DNA of 63,707 nt, the filler included, from Chiloscyllium plagiosum (Eukaryota): the NCBI RefSeq assembly GCF_004010195.1. It is 4 parts of one record of this genome, joined end to end, with 100 filler letters (N's around TTAATTAATTAA, not from the genome) between each part and the next. Parts side by side here need not be neighbours in the genome. Positions count along the whole stretch, not along the records: positions 1 to 28,852 come from NC_057713.1; 3 more parts are not named here. One strand, written 5' to 3'. The first letter of the stretch is position 1. Every line of letters starts with the position of its first letter. This document shows positions 14,038 to 25,509 of this stretch, one piece after another. A program made the position numbers and the translations under genes. The notes under the pieces were generated by a model, which was not told the DNA's origin, did not search any database, and saw nothing but the letters and a program-made list of their open reading frames with translations.

Positions 14038-14365
14038 TATAGAATCCCTACAGTATGGAATCAGGCTATTTGGCCCATTAAGAGCACACTTTACCTCCAA
14101 AGCACATCCCACCCTCTGTACCGCTGTGACCTTGCATTTCCCATGCTTAATCCACCAAGCCTGCACATGCCTGGACATTGTGGGCAATTAATCATGGCCA
14201 ATCCACTTAATCTGCATGTATTTGGACTGTGGGAGGAAACCGGAGCACCCAGAGAAAATCCCCACATCACGAGGAGAATGTGCAAACTCCATACAACCAG
14301 TTGCTCGAGGGTAGAATTGAACCCGGTCCCTGGCACTGTAAGGCAGCAGTGCTAACCACTGAGTC
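14038..14365 (-). mobile_element. HE1-type SINE (older subfamily)
   Basis: Homology to HE1 copies, B box and tail. Confidence 0.88.
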
Positions 14366-14624
14366 GCATGTGCTCTGTATATAGCATAGCCTATGCAAAT
14401 TGGCAGCCGAGGCAGCAAGATGCTGTATGTGTTTTTATTTATGCCTAAGACTGCTCAGATTGTACTTGCAGCTTGTTGCTTTCATGAAAATCATTTGGCC
14501 CTCTCATCAGCTGACAAGGTCAGTGTTGTATGATAAAACATCACCATGTCGATTTGCTTTCACCTTTTTCCTATTATGGATCTAAAGGGCCCACTCAGTT
14601 CAACGTGGTAGAGGAAAATCATTG

Positions 14625-14938
14625 ATTAGGTTAGATTCCCTACAGTGTGGAAACAGGCCCTTTGGCCCAACAAGTCCACACCGATCCTCCGAAGAGTAAC
14701 CCACCCAGACCCATTTCCCTCTGACTCAGGCCATTCCCCCTAACACTATGGGCAATTTAGCATGGCCAATTCACCTGACCTGCACATCTTTGGACTGTGG
14801 AAGGAACCAGAGCACCCGGAGGAAACCCACGCAGATACGGGGAGAACATGCTAACTCAACGCAGACAGTCGTGCGAAGTTAGAATTGAACCCAGGTCCCT
14901 GGCGCTATGAGGGTGCAGCGCTAACCACTGTGCCACCC
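14625..14938 (-). mobile_element. HE1-type SINE
   Basis: Homology to HE1 copies, (TAATC)-like tail. Confidence 0.92.
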
Positions 14939-15628
14939 CATTGTTTTAGTCTAAGGAGAAAAGGTTTTTATCTTAAACAAGAGGGAGCTGATTGCATGAT
15001 AACAACAAGGTAGAAGTTACATTGGTCTGTTAGTTGTAGGGAGTAAACTATGAAGGATGGTCAGTGTTAGGTCTTATAACTTTCAAGTCCCAAACTGTTG
15101 ATCTGCCCAACTCCATATATTATAATTAGATTGGATGGTGCTTAATGCACCCCTCAGCATTAACTCTTTCAGATGTGTATACCTGTATAAAACATCTCTT
15201 CTCAAACTTTCAGAATATTTTTAATATTTTGCATTTGTGAAAGCAATTACATTTACCCTTTCTCATTCCCATATCTCTGATTTCACGTCTTCAGATTGGA
15301 GGTTTCATTGCTCTCCCTGAGTATATTCTCTTTAAACTTGGAAAAACAGTTCTCAGGACTAAAGACTTTGAGTCTGTTCTTGACTGTATGAGGTCTGTGA
15401 GTCATTAATATTACAACATTGGATTTTGTCTCAATCACATATAAACAGAAAATTGATCTGCAATGAGAATGACGTTCCTGCCACTGCTTCACACAGCTCC
15501 TTTAGCAATGTGAACAGTAAACACTCATTGCTGCTATACAGCCTTTTGACTGATGGCATCTTTCCCCTTAAGAGGAGATGTGATAACTTATTGGTATTAT
15601 CATCAAAGTATTAATCCAGAGATTCAAA

Positions 15629-16430
15629 GTTTGTGAGAAGATTTGTAGCTCGGGTGCTCGTTGTTCTGGTTCTGTTCGCCGAGCTGGGAATTTGTGTTGC
15701 AGACGTTTCGTCCCCTGTCTAGGTGACATCCTCAGTGCTTGGGAGCCTCCTGTGAAGCGCTTCTGTGATGTTTCCTCCGGCATTTGTAGTGGTATGAATC
15801 TGCCGCTTCCGGTTGTCAGCTCCAGCTGTCTGCTGCAGCGGTCGGTATATTGGATCCAGGTTGATGTGCTTATTGATTGAATCTGTAGATGAGTGCCATG
15901 CCTCTAGGAATTCCCTGGCTGTTCTCTGTTTGGCTTGTCCTCTAATAGTACTGTTGTCCCAGTCGAATTCATGTTGCTTGTGATCTGCATGTATGGCTAC
16001 TAAGGATAGCTGGTCGCGTCATTTCGTGGCTAGTTGTGTTCATGGGTGCGGATCGTTAGCTGTCTTCCTGTTTGTCCTAAGTAGTGTTTTGTGCAGCCCT
16101 TGCATGGGATTTTGTACACTACATTGGTTTTGCTCATGCTGGGTATCGGGTCCTTTGTTCTGGTGAGTTGTTGTCTGAGAGTGGCTGTTGGTTTGTGTTG
16201 AATCCACAGATTCAATCAATAAGCACATCGACCACGGACCCAATGTACCGACCACTGCAGCGGACAGCTGGAACTGACAACTGGAAGCGGCAGAGACAAA
16301 CCACTATAAATACCGGAGGGAACATCACAGAAGCGCTTCACAGGAGGCTCCCAAGCACTGAGGATGTCACCTAGACATGGGACAAAACATCTGCAACACA
16401 AATTCCCAGCTCGGCGAACAGAACCACAAC
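15629..16430 (-). mobile_element. Penelope-like element (Poseidon-type), truncated, with inverted terminal repeat and TSD
   Basis: SKTNVVYKIPCKGCTKHYLGQTGRQLTIRTHEH (GIY-YIG); ~225-bp inverted arms (~15660-15890 vs ~16205-16430); TSD ATTAATCCAGAGA(T/C)TCAAA at 15610-15628 and 16431-16449. Confidence 0.92.
15697..15740 (-). ncRNA. Minimal type-I hammerhead ribozyme
   Basis: Minus strand GCA-CTGAGGA-T-GTCACCT-AGAC-AGGGGAC-GAAACGTC-TGC: CUGANGA and GAAA cores, stem II, GUC cleavage triplet, stem I GCA/UGC; decayed inverted copy at ~16355-16394. Confidence 0.78.
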
Positions 16431-17479
16431 ATTAATCCAGAGACTCAAATAATGTTCTGGGGACACAACTGCAATTCCTGACAAAGCGGTTGGTGGAGTT
16501 TGAGTTGAATAAAAGGCATTAAGAGTCTAATGATGACCTTAAAATCATTGACAATTGTTGAGGGAAAACCCCATTGGTTCACTAATGTCCTTAGGCAAGG
16601 AAAATGCCTTCTTACCTGGTCTAGCTACATGTGACTCCAAACCCACACCAATGTGACTGACTCTTAACTTCCTTCTGGGCAATTAGGGATGAGCAATAGC
16701 CTAGCCAGTGACACCCACATCCCATGAACGAATAGAAAAAAAAGTCCCTTATTCACACCTGATACAAATTGCCCTTGCAAATGCGATGCTTATTATTATG
16801 TGTCGACTGAACACTGTAACACTATTCCTTTTTAGGTAACATTTTTAAGATACTTTGTTACTTGCATGTGCATAACTGTGAGCTAAACGTTTGTGATCGA
16901 ATTGGGAGCTCAGTCTTCAATTTTGATTCACTAGCAATTCTGGTACTGAAAAATTTCACTACAGCGAGATGGACTAGCAATTTAGCAATGCTGTATAAAA
17001 GGCAGCATTTTTTCTTGAAAAGTGACTTGACTGTCTAGATCCTATGCTTGGCTTCCTCAATCAACTGTAGTTACATCAGTAAGCTTGTGACATGTTCAAA
17101 TGTTGAACTGGCTGTAACTTGGTTGAAGCACTTGTTAACAAACTGTTGCACAACATGATAATGTCGGGCATTTCAAGCATTGAAAACATTTTACTCAAGA
17201 CACTGACGACGGCATTCATAATGGTGGTATGTAACTTTATTCACCTTTACCACTGTGAAAAAGCTGACATTAATAAGACTTTCTGTCAAATATGAAAAGG
17301 TCTGTTCCCTTTTGCTTCCACAGTCCAGTAGGAGAAGTGATAGGTATCAGCAGCTCATGCTGCTCACACCTGTGTGTAGCACAAATTTCTCAGTCAGCTA
17401 TGAGATCATCAATCTGTTTAGAGATCCCTGGCCAGTACATCAAACACTGAATTCTGGCTCCACACTGGTGTAACTTGTC

Positions 17480-18120
17480 CAGGATATTTTCTGTTCTTTA
17501 CCATGGTTTTAATTAATGGATCTTCTGCCTTTTCTGCAGCCTTAAACATCTAAAACTTTGCTCTTCATTAGACCTTTCTTGCCTAAGCTTTTAAATTACT
17601 CCTTTGCTGCATTAATTCCGGTTTTGTGATATCTCTGAGTCTGTGACCTTGTTCAAAATTGCTTGTGTGACCCCACGACTTCTCTTACTTCAGACATGAC
17701 TACTGGTGTCGGCTCACTATGGCAGCGACGCTCAATCTGAGTTGTATGCACTTTGCTCACACTTATTACTTCAGGCTAATGACTGTGTTGTTTGTTTAAA
17801 GCATTTCCTTTATCGTCCAGGGGTTCACTCTCCAGCTGAATGTCGTCTCAGGGCTGTTCCCACAGATCATCAACACATGACAAAATCTGCAACTGCTAAG
17901 TGTGACTAGTATTCCAGTCATGTGAAGTTTGTAGTCCACGCTCACATCTACACACTCTTACTAGGTCTGAAATGCTTTTACTGTCAACTGTAGATTCTGC
18001 CTTATGGAATTTTGCTGTAAGATTCTCTTCTGCAGTGTTCTCAAACATTCAATTCTTTCAAATGCACAAGCAACTTCTTAAAATCGTGTCTGAAGAAGTC
18101 TTCAGATCTCTATTTTTTGG
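17480..18120. repeat. Ancient unclassified interspersed repeat, homologous to 42130-42760
   Basis: Colinear diverged blocks, e.g. GATTCTGCCTTATGGAATTTTGCTGTAAGATTCTCTTCTGCAGTGTTCTCAAA vs GATTCCGCCTTGTTGAATCTTGTCACAAAATTCTCTTCTGTAGACTTCTCAAA. Confidence 0.65.
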
Positions 18121-19761
18121 TCATATAATAAAGTGATGCACACAGCTGAGATTGTGTTTTAGAATGGATTCTCATCACAGCTCATCTTGGTGAAAGATAC
18201 ATCTGGTAGATTTGCTGGCATCATCTATTTCCTGGTAAGGATCTGCAGAGCTTGGTAGGTCTATTGTGGTAAGGAAATAACATTTGGTAGTCTAATGAGA
18301 AGACACCATTCTCCTAAACAAGGACTTGTTTATTACATGATAGTAACCATGTACAAGTTATGTTAGTATGACAAAGAAAGAGGGAGACCTTGACACTTTG
18401 TCGCATTCCTTTGAGGTCCAAAGCTATTCTTCTGCCTGAATCCATGTGATCACCATATTGGGCAGTGTGTAATGCACTCCGCAGTATTAACTCTTTCAGA
18501 CTCTTAAATGCTTACACTCCGATAATGTTGGTTGCCAGCCTACCTCCATTTTGTGATTTGATTTGCCGCTTACAATCAATTTGTTGGTATTAATTGAAAT
18601 ACTGATACTACCGAGTGAGGAAGCATGACTGCACAATATCTTTGGTAGTAGATAGGCTCATTTTAATTTCACAACTCATTAGGGTATTACACTGGAAATC
18701 AAGCCTCAATGTTCCTGGCGTTGTCACAAAAATGAAAAGGTTTAGTCAAACTATCCAAAGTCCCAATTTACCTGACTGAATGCAAGATAAAAGAAAGCAC
18801 ATTAATCAAAATACCTGTACTTAACAAGAAATTAATAACTTCTTTGAACAAATTGCCTTGCACCAATGACAATTAGGAAATATGGATTGAAAACTTATAA
18901 AGCTGTAATTTAAAAACTACCCTTTTAAATTCTTCACTTCACAAACAGACTGTTACACAAAGATAGATTATGGATGTTAAGAGTGGAAAAGGAAAAAAAA
19001 AGTCAAGGAAGCACAGTTCAATAGCACCAGTCTGGATACATTTTCAATAAGTTGTTTCCTTCAGTTCCTTTCAATTCTTTTTAATTTTTTGCCATTGACA
19101 AATGGTTAAGAATTCACCCTTTTATTGTCTTTGAAGGTATTTTATTCATTGTTTAACAGCAATTTGCATAGATAGATGACTGGAAGAGAATTAGCTGCTC
19201 CCGGAGACTTTCTGGTACCTCCACATAAGTGAGAAAGGCAGTCAGGCAGTGAAGTGCTCTGATGCACTGGCCCCACACAAGTCATGGTTACCTGGTCAGG
19301 AATCAATCAAAACATAGTTTCCAAATAAATTGCCTCCTAGTTCAAAACCATTGGCTCTGTAGTGTCTACTTCTGCCATCTTTGTTCCAGGAAAGTGCAAC
19401 ATGGTGTACAACTCAATTTTCTCCAATGAATTTGGTTTCAAAATTCCAGGCAGCTCTTTGTGCAATCTCCTTGGTTTAAAGCAGTATTTTCCTATTTTAG
19501 TCCATTGCCAAAATATAAAGAAATAAAAGAATGTGGTCTTTACACTTTTAAACAGGATATGATTATTACATATCACTTAATGGCTAATTACATTACATCT
19601 GTGATACATGATTATCTCTTGTGAAACATCAGACTCAATCAAAGAATAAGTACACATCATTACTTTAACTGCAGGATATTAACATCAAGCAGTATTTACA
19701 CTCTGATGAGCATATTGATAATTGGCTGCTCTTTAATAATCAGTTCTTTATGGATATTACT

Positions 19762-19862
19762 AGTTGACATGTTCGGAGATGTGATTATATTCCTCTCAGG
19801 CAGATGGTACTTGAACTCAAGCCTCCTGGCTCAGTTGTAGGGATACACCACTGCATCAGAAG
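19762..19862 (-). repeat. Short decayed tRNA-derived SINE-like repeat (second copy ~45760-45858 +)
   Basis: Minus strand TGCAGTGGTG..CCCTAC..CTGAGCCAGGAGGCTTGAGTTCAAGT resembles A/B boxes; similar to 45760-45858. Confidence 0.45.
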
Positions 19863-20317
19863 TATTTAATGGCTCTTGATATTCCAATGGACAGAGCTTC
19901 TATTGAGATATCAGTTAACCCTTTCAAGTGCTAACTGCCTTATACAACAGTTGGAACATGTTGTTCAACATTAATTAACCTTGTGAAGGTGTTAGTGAGC
20001 TCTGTTCTTGAGCTGCTGCAGTCTATGTAATGTAGGTTTGTGAATTTGGTCTCACTAATACACTATTGCCACTAGGGGAAAGAAAAGGGTCTATATTCAC
20101 ATAAAGCACATCTTTTCTTCCAAACCAACACAGTGAAGAAAATTAAATAAACTAATTAAGTATACTAAATGATGGCACTATTCTCACAAGCCTTGCCTGC
20201 AGTGGCTAACCTTTGCAAAGGGAGTTCTATTCTTGAAAAAGTCTGATGTATTTACATCAAGACCACTGTTATGAAATTCCCTTAAATTCACATCTCTAAT
20301 ATGGGATTTTGAGCATT

Positions 20318-20350
20318 ACTTACCTGTACAAGGCAAGAGAAAATCAGCAT
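20318..20350 (-). promoter_or_regulatory. Candidate recursive splice site (3'ss immediately followed by 5'ss)
   Basis: Minus strand ATGCTGATTTTCTCTTGCCTTGTACAG|GTAAGT: branch-point-like CTGAT, pyrimidine tract, CAG, perfect GTAAGT; lies in repeat-free DNA. Confidence 0.5.
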
Positions 20351-21499
20351 GATTTTATTGCTAACTTTTATCAAGCAGTGATTAAATTCTGACTGTGGTA
20401 CAATGGCCAGTCAGCCACATGACAGAGACAAATTTATGACTGGTTATACCAGTGGCGGCAAATAGAAGTCAACATGAAAATTGATGATGGCTCGCCCTTA
20501 TCACTTTTAGAAAACACCTTCTTGTTTCCTTTTTCTATAGTTAAGTAAAAGAACAGATAATCAATTACCAATGTCTGTAAGCAACATACATATATCCGAG
20601 ATTGCTTTAAAGACACTATAAATTTTTTATTCTGAGCTTGCATTAAACTAAAATGTCCTCTCTATTCAGTCCTTTGCTGATATTACTGAAATTCTCAAGA
20701 AGAAAGCAATAATGCTATTGTTTAAAAAATCAGCTTTTGCGAGTGAAAGTATTGTTCATTTAGCAATCAATCCAGCGGCCACAAGATATGCACTTTAGCT
20801 TTCTAAGAATAGTGCCCTGGTCAAGGAAACTGAGAAATCTTCAAATGTTTCAGATTGACATTCTATGATGCATGTTTTGTCCTGAATTTTGTGTTAAAAA
20901 TTATGCAGTAGACATTAAATTCGAATTGACAGTTTAAGGTCACATTATTTATTTCAGAGCAACTTATTTTTTTTAGTAGATCTAACAGCAGGGACTAGAG
21001 TTTCTGCTTGGGTAAAAACCCCAAGGCAAATAAATCGCACACACTATTTGTGGATGTCCAAAAGTCAATGTTCTGCAGTTTGTGATGTTTGTCTGATTTT
21101 AATAATGAAGGCAATCGCCTAGTTGTACTGACATCTCAGTTTGTGAAATCCCAATTCAAATGTGTACTGAAGCAGGTTAAAGGGATCAGAATACAAAATA
21201 ATTCTCAAGGAAACTAATTAGAAAAACTGCATTCCTAGTAATGACAGCCTGCTCTGCTGGAGAACACATTCTCTCCTGCTTTGCTGGTGATGTTGCTTTT
21301 GTCACAGGAGTAGTACAGATCCCAAAGGAAGGCAGAACTGCAGCAATGTTAAAAGGCAGCCAGGACAATGTCTGCAAATGAAACAAATCTATTTATGGCA
21401 AAACTGTGTTAGAGTAAAGGCATTGAAACTGTTGGAATTGAGGGCAAAGTACTAAAATGGCTGGGAAATTGATTGAGTAGTAGGGTTAATGGGGAGGTG

Positions 21500-21662
21500 G
21501 GTAAAAGTGAGTACTGTAGATGCTGGAAACCAGAGTCTAGATTAGAGTGGTGCTGGAAAAGCACAGCAGGTATGGCAGCATCCAAGGAGCAGGAAAATCG
21601 ACGTTTCGGGCAAAAGCCCTTCATCAGGAATGGAGGCAGGGAGCCTCCAGGGTGGAGAGGTA
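21500..21662 (-). mobile_element. Penelope terminal-repeat fragment
   Basis: Same GATGCTGG..GCACAGCAGG..GGCAGCATCC..GACGTTTCGGGC repeat as 10892, 24870, 36395 and 47040. Confidence 0.85.
21596..21632 (-). ncRNA. Minimal type-I hammerhead ribozyme (canonical core)
   Basis: Minus strand ATTC-CTGATGA-AGGGC-TTTT-GCCC-GAAACGTC-GATT. Confidence 0.82.
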
Positions 21663-22746
21663 AAAAAAGGGGAGGTATTCAAATTGGTGGGATGAGACTG
21701 TGGTGTCTCACAAAGATCTGTGTTAAGGCTTCAATTATTCTCATTATTTAATAAAAACTTGGATAATGACCATGCTGTCTGGTCTTAGACCATCCCATGA
21801 GGGAAAACATCCTCTCAGCATTTACCCTGTCAAGCCCCTTAAGAATCCTATATGTTTCAATGAGTTCACCTCTCACTTTTCGAAACGTCAGTGAGTAAAA
21901 TCCCAACCTGTTAATCTTTGCTCATAAGACAATTCCTTCATACCAGGGATCATCCAATTAAACCTTCTCTGAACTGCCTACAATGAAATATTATCTTTCC
22001 TTCAATAGGGTAACAGAATTGCTCACAGTATTCCAAATGTGATCTCACCAGTGCCTGGTACAGTTGCAATAGGACCTCTCTACTCTTATGCTCCAATCCT
22101 CTTGAAATAAGGACCATCAATCCATTAGCCTTCCTGTTTACCTGCTGCACCTGGGTGCTAGCCTTCTATGTTTCATGCACCCCCAAGTCCTTTTTGTTAC
22201 AGCTTTCTACAGTTTCTCTCCACATAAAAAAAATCTGTTTTGTTGATCTCTCTCCCAAAGTGAACACCTTCATATTTTATCACATTATAATCTATTTGCC
22301 AATGTTTTGCCCATTTACTTAATCTATCAACATTTCTCTGTAAACTGTTTGTTTCCTTTTCACCACCTACTTTTACACCTATTTTAATTTCATCTGCAAA
22401 TTTGACTACAATACATTCACTTCCTTCCTCCAAGTTATTGATATATTGTTAAAGTTGTGGTCCCAGCACCGATCCTGTAGAACCTTATTGGGCATGGGTC
22501 ACCAACCTGAAGAAGAACTCCTATCCCGACTTGCTATTTCCTGCCCATTAACCAATTCTCCATCTAGTAAGGTAACTTATTGAACACTTTCTGAAAGCCC
22601 CAATTGAACTCCCCTCTATCCAATCTGTTTGAGACTTCCTCAAAAAACTCTAATAAATCAGTCATACGTGATTTCCCTTTCAAGAAGTCACGTTGACTCT
22701 GATTAGATTATGATTTTCTAAATGCTCACTATTACATCCTTAGTAT

Positions 22747-23049
22747 GGGCGGCACGGTGACACAGTGGTTAGCACTGCTGCCTCACAGCGCCAGAGACCC
22801 GGGTTCAATTCCCGACTCAGGTGACTGACTGTGTGGAGTTTGCACATTCTCCCCGTGTCTGCGTGGGTTTCCTCTGGGTGCTCCGGTTTCCTCCCACAGT
22901 TCAAAAATGTGCGGGTCAGGTGAATTGGCCATGCTAAATTGCCTGTAGTGTTAGGTTGTAGGGGTATGGGTGGCTTGCGCTTCGGCAGGTCGGTGTGGAC
23001 TTGTTGGGCCAATGGGCCTGTTTCCACACTGTAAGTAATCTAATCTAAT
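22747..23049 (+). mobile_element. HE1-type SINE (young)
   Basis: GGGCGGCACGGTGACACAGTGGTTAGC...GGTTCAATTCC...CTGTAAGTAATCTAATCTAA. Confidence 0.93.
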
Positions 23050-23235
23050 TGTTTTCAATAGTTTTTCAACAATAGATATTTGACTAATCAAGCTATAATT
23101 ATCCACTTCTTGCCTCCCTCCCTTTTTAAATCGGAATGTCAGAATAGGAGTTTTTCAATCATTTGTTACTTCTTCAGAAACCAGCAATTTTTTCGAAAAA
23201 TTATAACCAATGTATCCACTCTGTCTATACCAGAC

Positions 23236-23338
23236 CCGTTCTGAGGAAGAATCACTGAATGAAACATTAACTCTCATTTTTCTCCAAAGATGCTGCCAGA
23301 CATACTGAGCTTTTCCAGCAATTTCTGTTTTTGTTTCT
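23236..23338 (+). mobile_element. Old PLE terminal-repeat fragment with decayed hammerhead core
   Basis: TTCTGAGGAAG..GAAACATTAACTC..GATGCTGCCAGAC..CTGAGCTTTTCCAGCAATTTCTG; homologous to the reverse complement of ~1120-1220. Confidence 0.6.
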
Positions 23339-24554
23339 CTCTATAGCTACCTCTTTCAGGATCCCAGGATTCAAGCATCCAAGGGCTTAGAACTAATCTG
23401 CCCTTAACGCCACTAATTTGTCTAGTTCTACCTCTTTGGTGATGGTGATGGTACTTAATTCCTCCCCCATATTATTCAACATTGATGAAATGTCCGAAGT
23501 ATCATCCACCATTAAGACTGATACGAAACATCTGTTTAATTCCTCTACCATTTCCTTTTTATTAAAACTGCCTCCCATTTCCTAAAGGTCTTACACCCAC
23601 TTTCCTGTTCATGTATTTAATGAAGCACTTATTGTTCGTTTTTTATATTCCTTGCTAGTTTGTCCTTATAATTTATTTTCTCTGTCTTTATTATCGTTTT
23701 GATCCTCTTTTGCAAGATTCTGAATTTATCCCAATCGTCGGGTTATTACTGACTTGAGCCTCATTGTACGCTTTTTCTTTCAACTTAATACTCTCCTTAT
23801 GTAGCTGCATGTGAAATGTGCCGGTGACTGGCTGCATATTCAGCGAGGGAACAAGAGCATGTAGTCACATGGTACACATCGAGCATGTATTCATTAAAGT
23901 TATTCTGCCACCTCGAAAGGAAGGTGCATTTAAGCCAGTGTAGTATCTGTAACTCAGAATTTTTTTGTTATGGAATGAAGGCAAATGCAAAAGCATCAAC
24001 AGGCCCAGTGCCCACATCTGTAGTACTTAGCTTTTATTTTAGCTTGGTGTAGCTATCTGTGAAAACCTGGAGCTGTGCCTGGAGTGCAGTTTTTGAGACC
24101 AAGGGAGTGTAGACTCAGAAAAGAAGAGTAACCGGCCAGGATGGGGATAGACACTAAGGCAGTCCATGAAGGTGTAGCTCTTGAGAGGAAATTTCAAGAT
24201 TAAATCAGCAAAAGTGAAGAATTGTGATCTTTTGCGAAGTTTAATGAGATTTTATGATCCACTGTGTCATTTATGCCTTTGACAAATTATTGAGAAATTC
24301 TTGGGATATATCTTGATTGCACTTATTATTTGATGTCTGTGGTGGGGTGTTCAATTAGAGTATATTGCTTATACTTGCCACATGTTAAACATAAGTTGAA
24401 TATATATTGTATATAATATGGTACATTGTATTACTGTTCTAATGTTGTATAATAATGTTTATCTTGTAGTTTATTTTCTTCAATATAGTCCCCTGGATCT
24501 CGCTTTTTGTCTAATTTTAAAAATGCATCATTGGTCCCTAGCCAGATTGTAATG

Positions 24555-25509
24555 TGTTATGAAGGTGTGGAGGTATACTGTAACTTTAAGACAGCTGAAA
24601 AGCTAGCAAGGACTGAAAAAGCACAGAGAGTCCTGAACAAAGTAAGAATGTAACACTTGGGAAACAAATAGCTGCAGCTGAGTTGCCATGAAACAAAGAA
24701 AATCAAGTTCGGCCAATCAGTTTATATTGCGATACCAAATTCCAATCAAATTTAAATTTAGGATTTTGATAATATTAAAACCAATCAAATGATCTGATGT
24801 TCTGGGGTATAAAACCAGACATTTTGAACAGTTAGAAGGAGAACTGCCAAGGACATCCACAATTATAGAGGAGAAAGTGAGGTCTGCAGATGCTGGAGAT
24901 CAAAGTTGAAACTTTATTGCTGGAACAGCACAGCAGGTCAGGCAGCATCCAGGGAACAGGAGATTCGACGTTTCGGGCACAGGCCCTTCTTCAGGAAGGG
25001 CCTGTGCCCGAAACGTCGAATCTCCTGTTCCCTGGATGCTGCCTGACCTGCTGTGCTGTTCCAGCAATAAAGTTTCAACATCCACAATTATAGACTGCTA
25101 GTTGAAGAGCTCTCTGAAAGGTACCTGTCTATAAGAAGTTTGAGTAGCAGAACATTAAAACTGACCTTGAGAAAATCTACAGAGGAAATCCAAGAAGGAA
25201 ATTCAACAAAGCTGACTGGTTTTTGAAATGTTATTTTATTTTTGTAAATTTTAATTGGAACTTTTTTAAATAGGACCTGTATTGTAGCGTGGGAGGTAAA
25301 AGATAGGTTGAAGAGAAAGGAGATATAAATAGTTGTTGGTTTTAATATTCTCTGTTGGACGTAAAGAATAAAGTTGTTAATTTTTACTTTAAATGGTGAC
25401 CTCTGGGATAGTTCTTTGCCTCTCAAATTTTAACAGATTACGGTATGAGGTGAGCTTTTCTGTGTGGCTGGTTTAAAGTAGCAGAAGGGTTTATCCCCAT
25501 GTTGTAACA
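24555..25509 (+). mobile_element. Solo LTR (interrupted by PLE fold-back insertion)
   Basis: TGTTAT...GTAACA termini, TATAAAA at ~24808, AATAAA at ~25367, flanks AATG/CATG (imperfect 4-bp TSD). Confidence 0.7.
24870..25077. mobile_element. Non-coding fold-back Penelope derivative with 17-bp TSD
   Basis: 85-bp perfect inverted arms 24905-24989 / 24995-25079; TSD ACATCCACAATTATAGA at 24853-24869 and 25078-25094; hammerhead core CTGAAGA..GAAACGTC on minus strand at ~24965-24995. Confidence 0.92.

Larger units (their letters stand above)
15574..16743 (+). mobile_element. Second tRNA-derived SINE family (Meta-domain-like), split by a Penelope insertion
   Basis: 15574-15628 continues at 16431-16743: GGTTCACTAATGTCCTTAGG..GGAAA..CTTACCTGGTCT..ACATGTGACTCC..AATGTGACTGACTCTTAAC, with tail GGCAATTAGGGATG..CCCACATCCCATGAACGAATAGAAAA; family name from memory only. 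Confidence 0.6.
21770..23800 (-). mobile_element. Old CR1 LINE ORF2 remnant (interrupted by SINE and PLE fragment)
   Basis: VVKFADEIKIG, VLLQLYQALVRSHLEYCEQF, EELNRCFVSV motifs on minus strand. Confidence 0.85.

Noticed and set aside
17955..18050. Paralogous host exons ending at GTAAGA (also ~42562-42655)
   Set aside because: A stop lies immediately upstream in frame, no clear acceptor, and homology continues past the putative donor; kept only as an unclassified repeat
20129..20160. CACAGTG heptamers as V(D)J recombination signals (also 49161)
   Set aside because: No nonamer at 12/23 spacing and no V/J coding segment nearby
22747..22820. tRNA gene
   Set aside because: tRNA-like head of an HE1 SINE, continuous with SINE body and tail
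24890..25093. Near-identical 67-aa and 61-aa ORFs on opposite strands
   Set aside because: A consequence of the DNA palindrome; no evidence of coding
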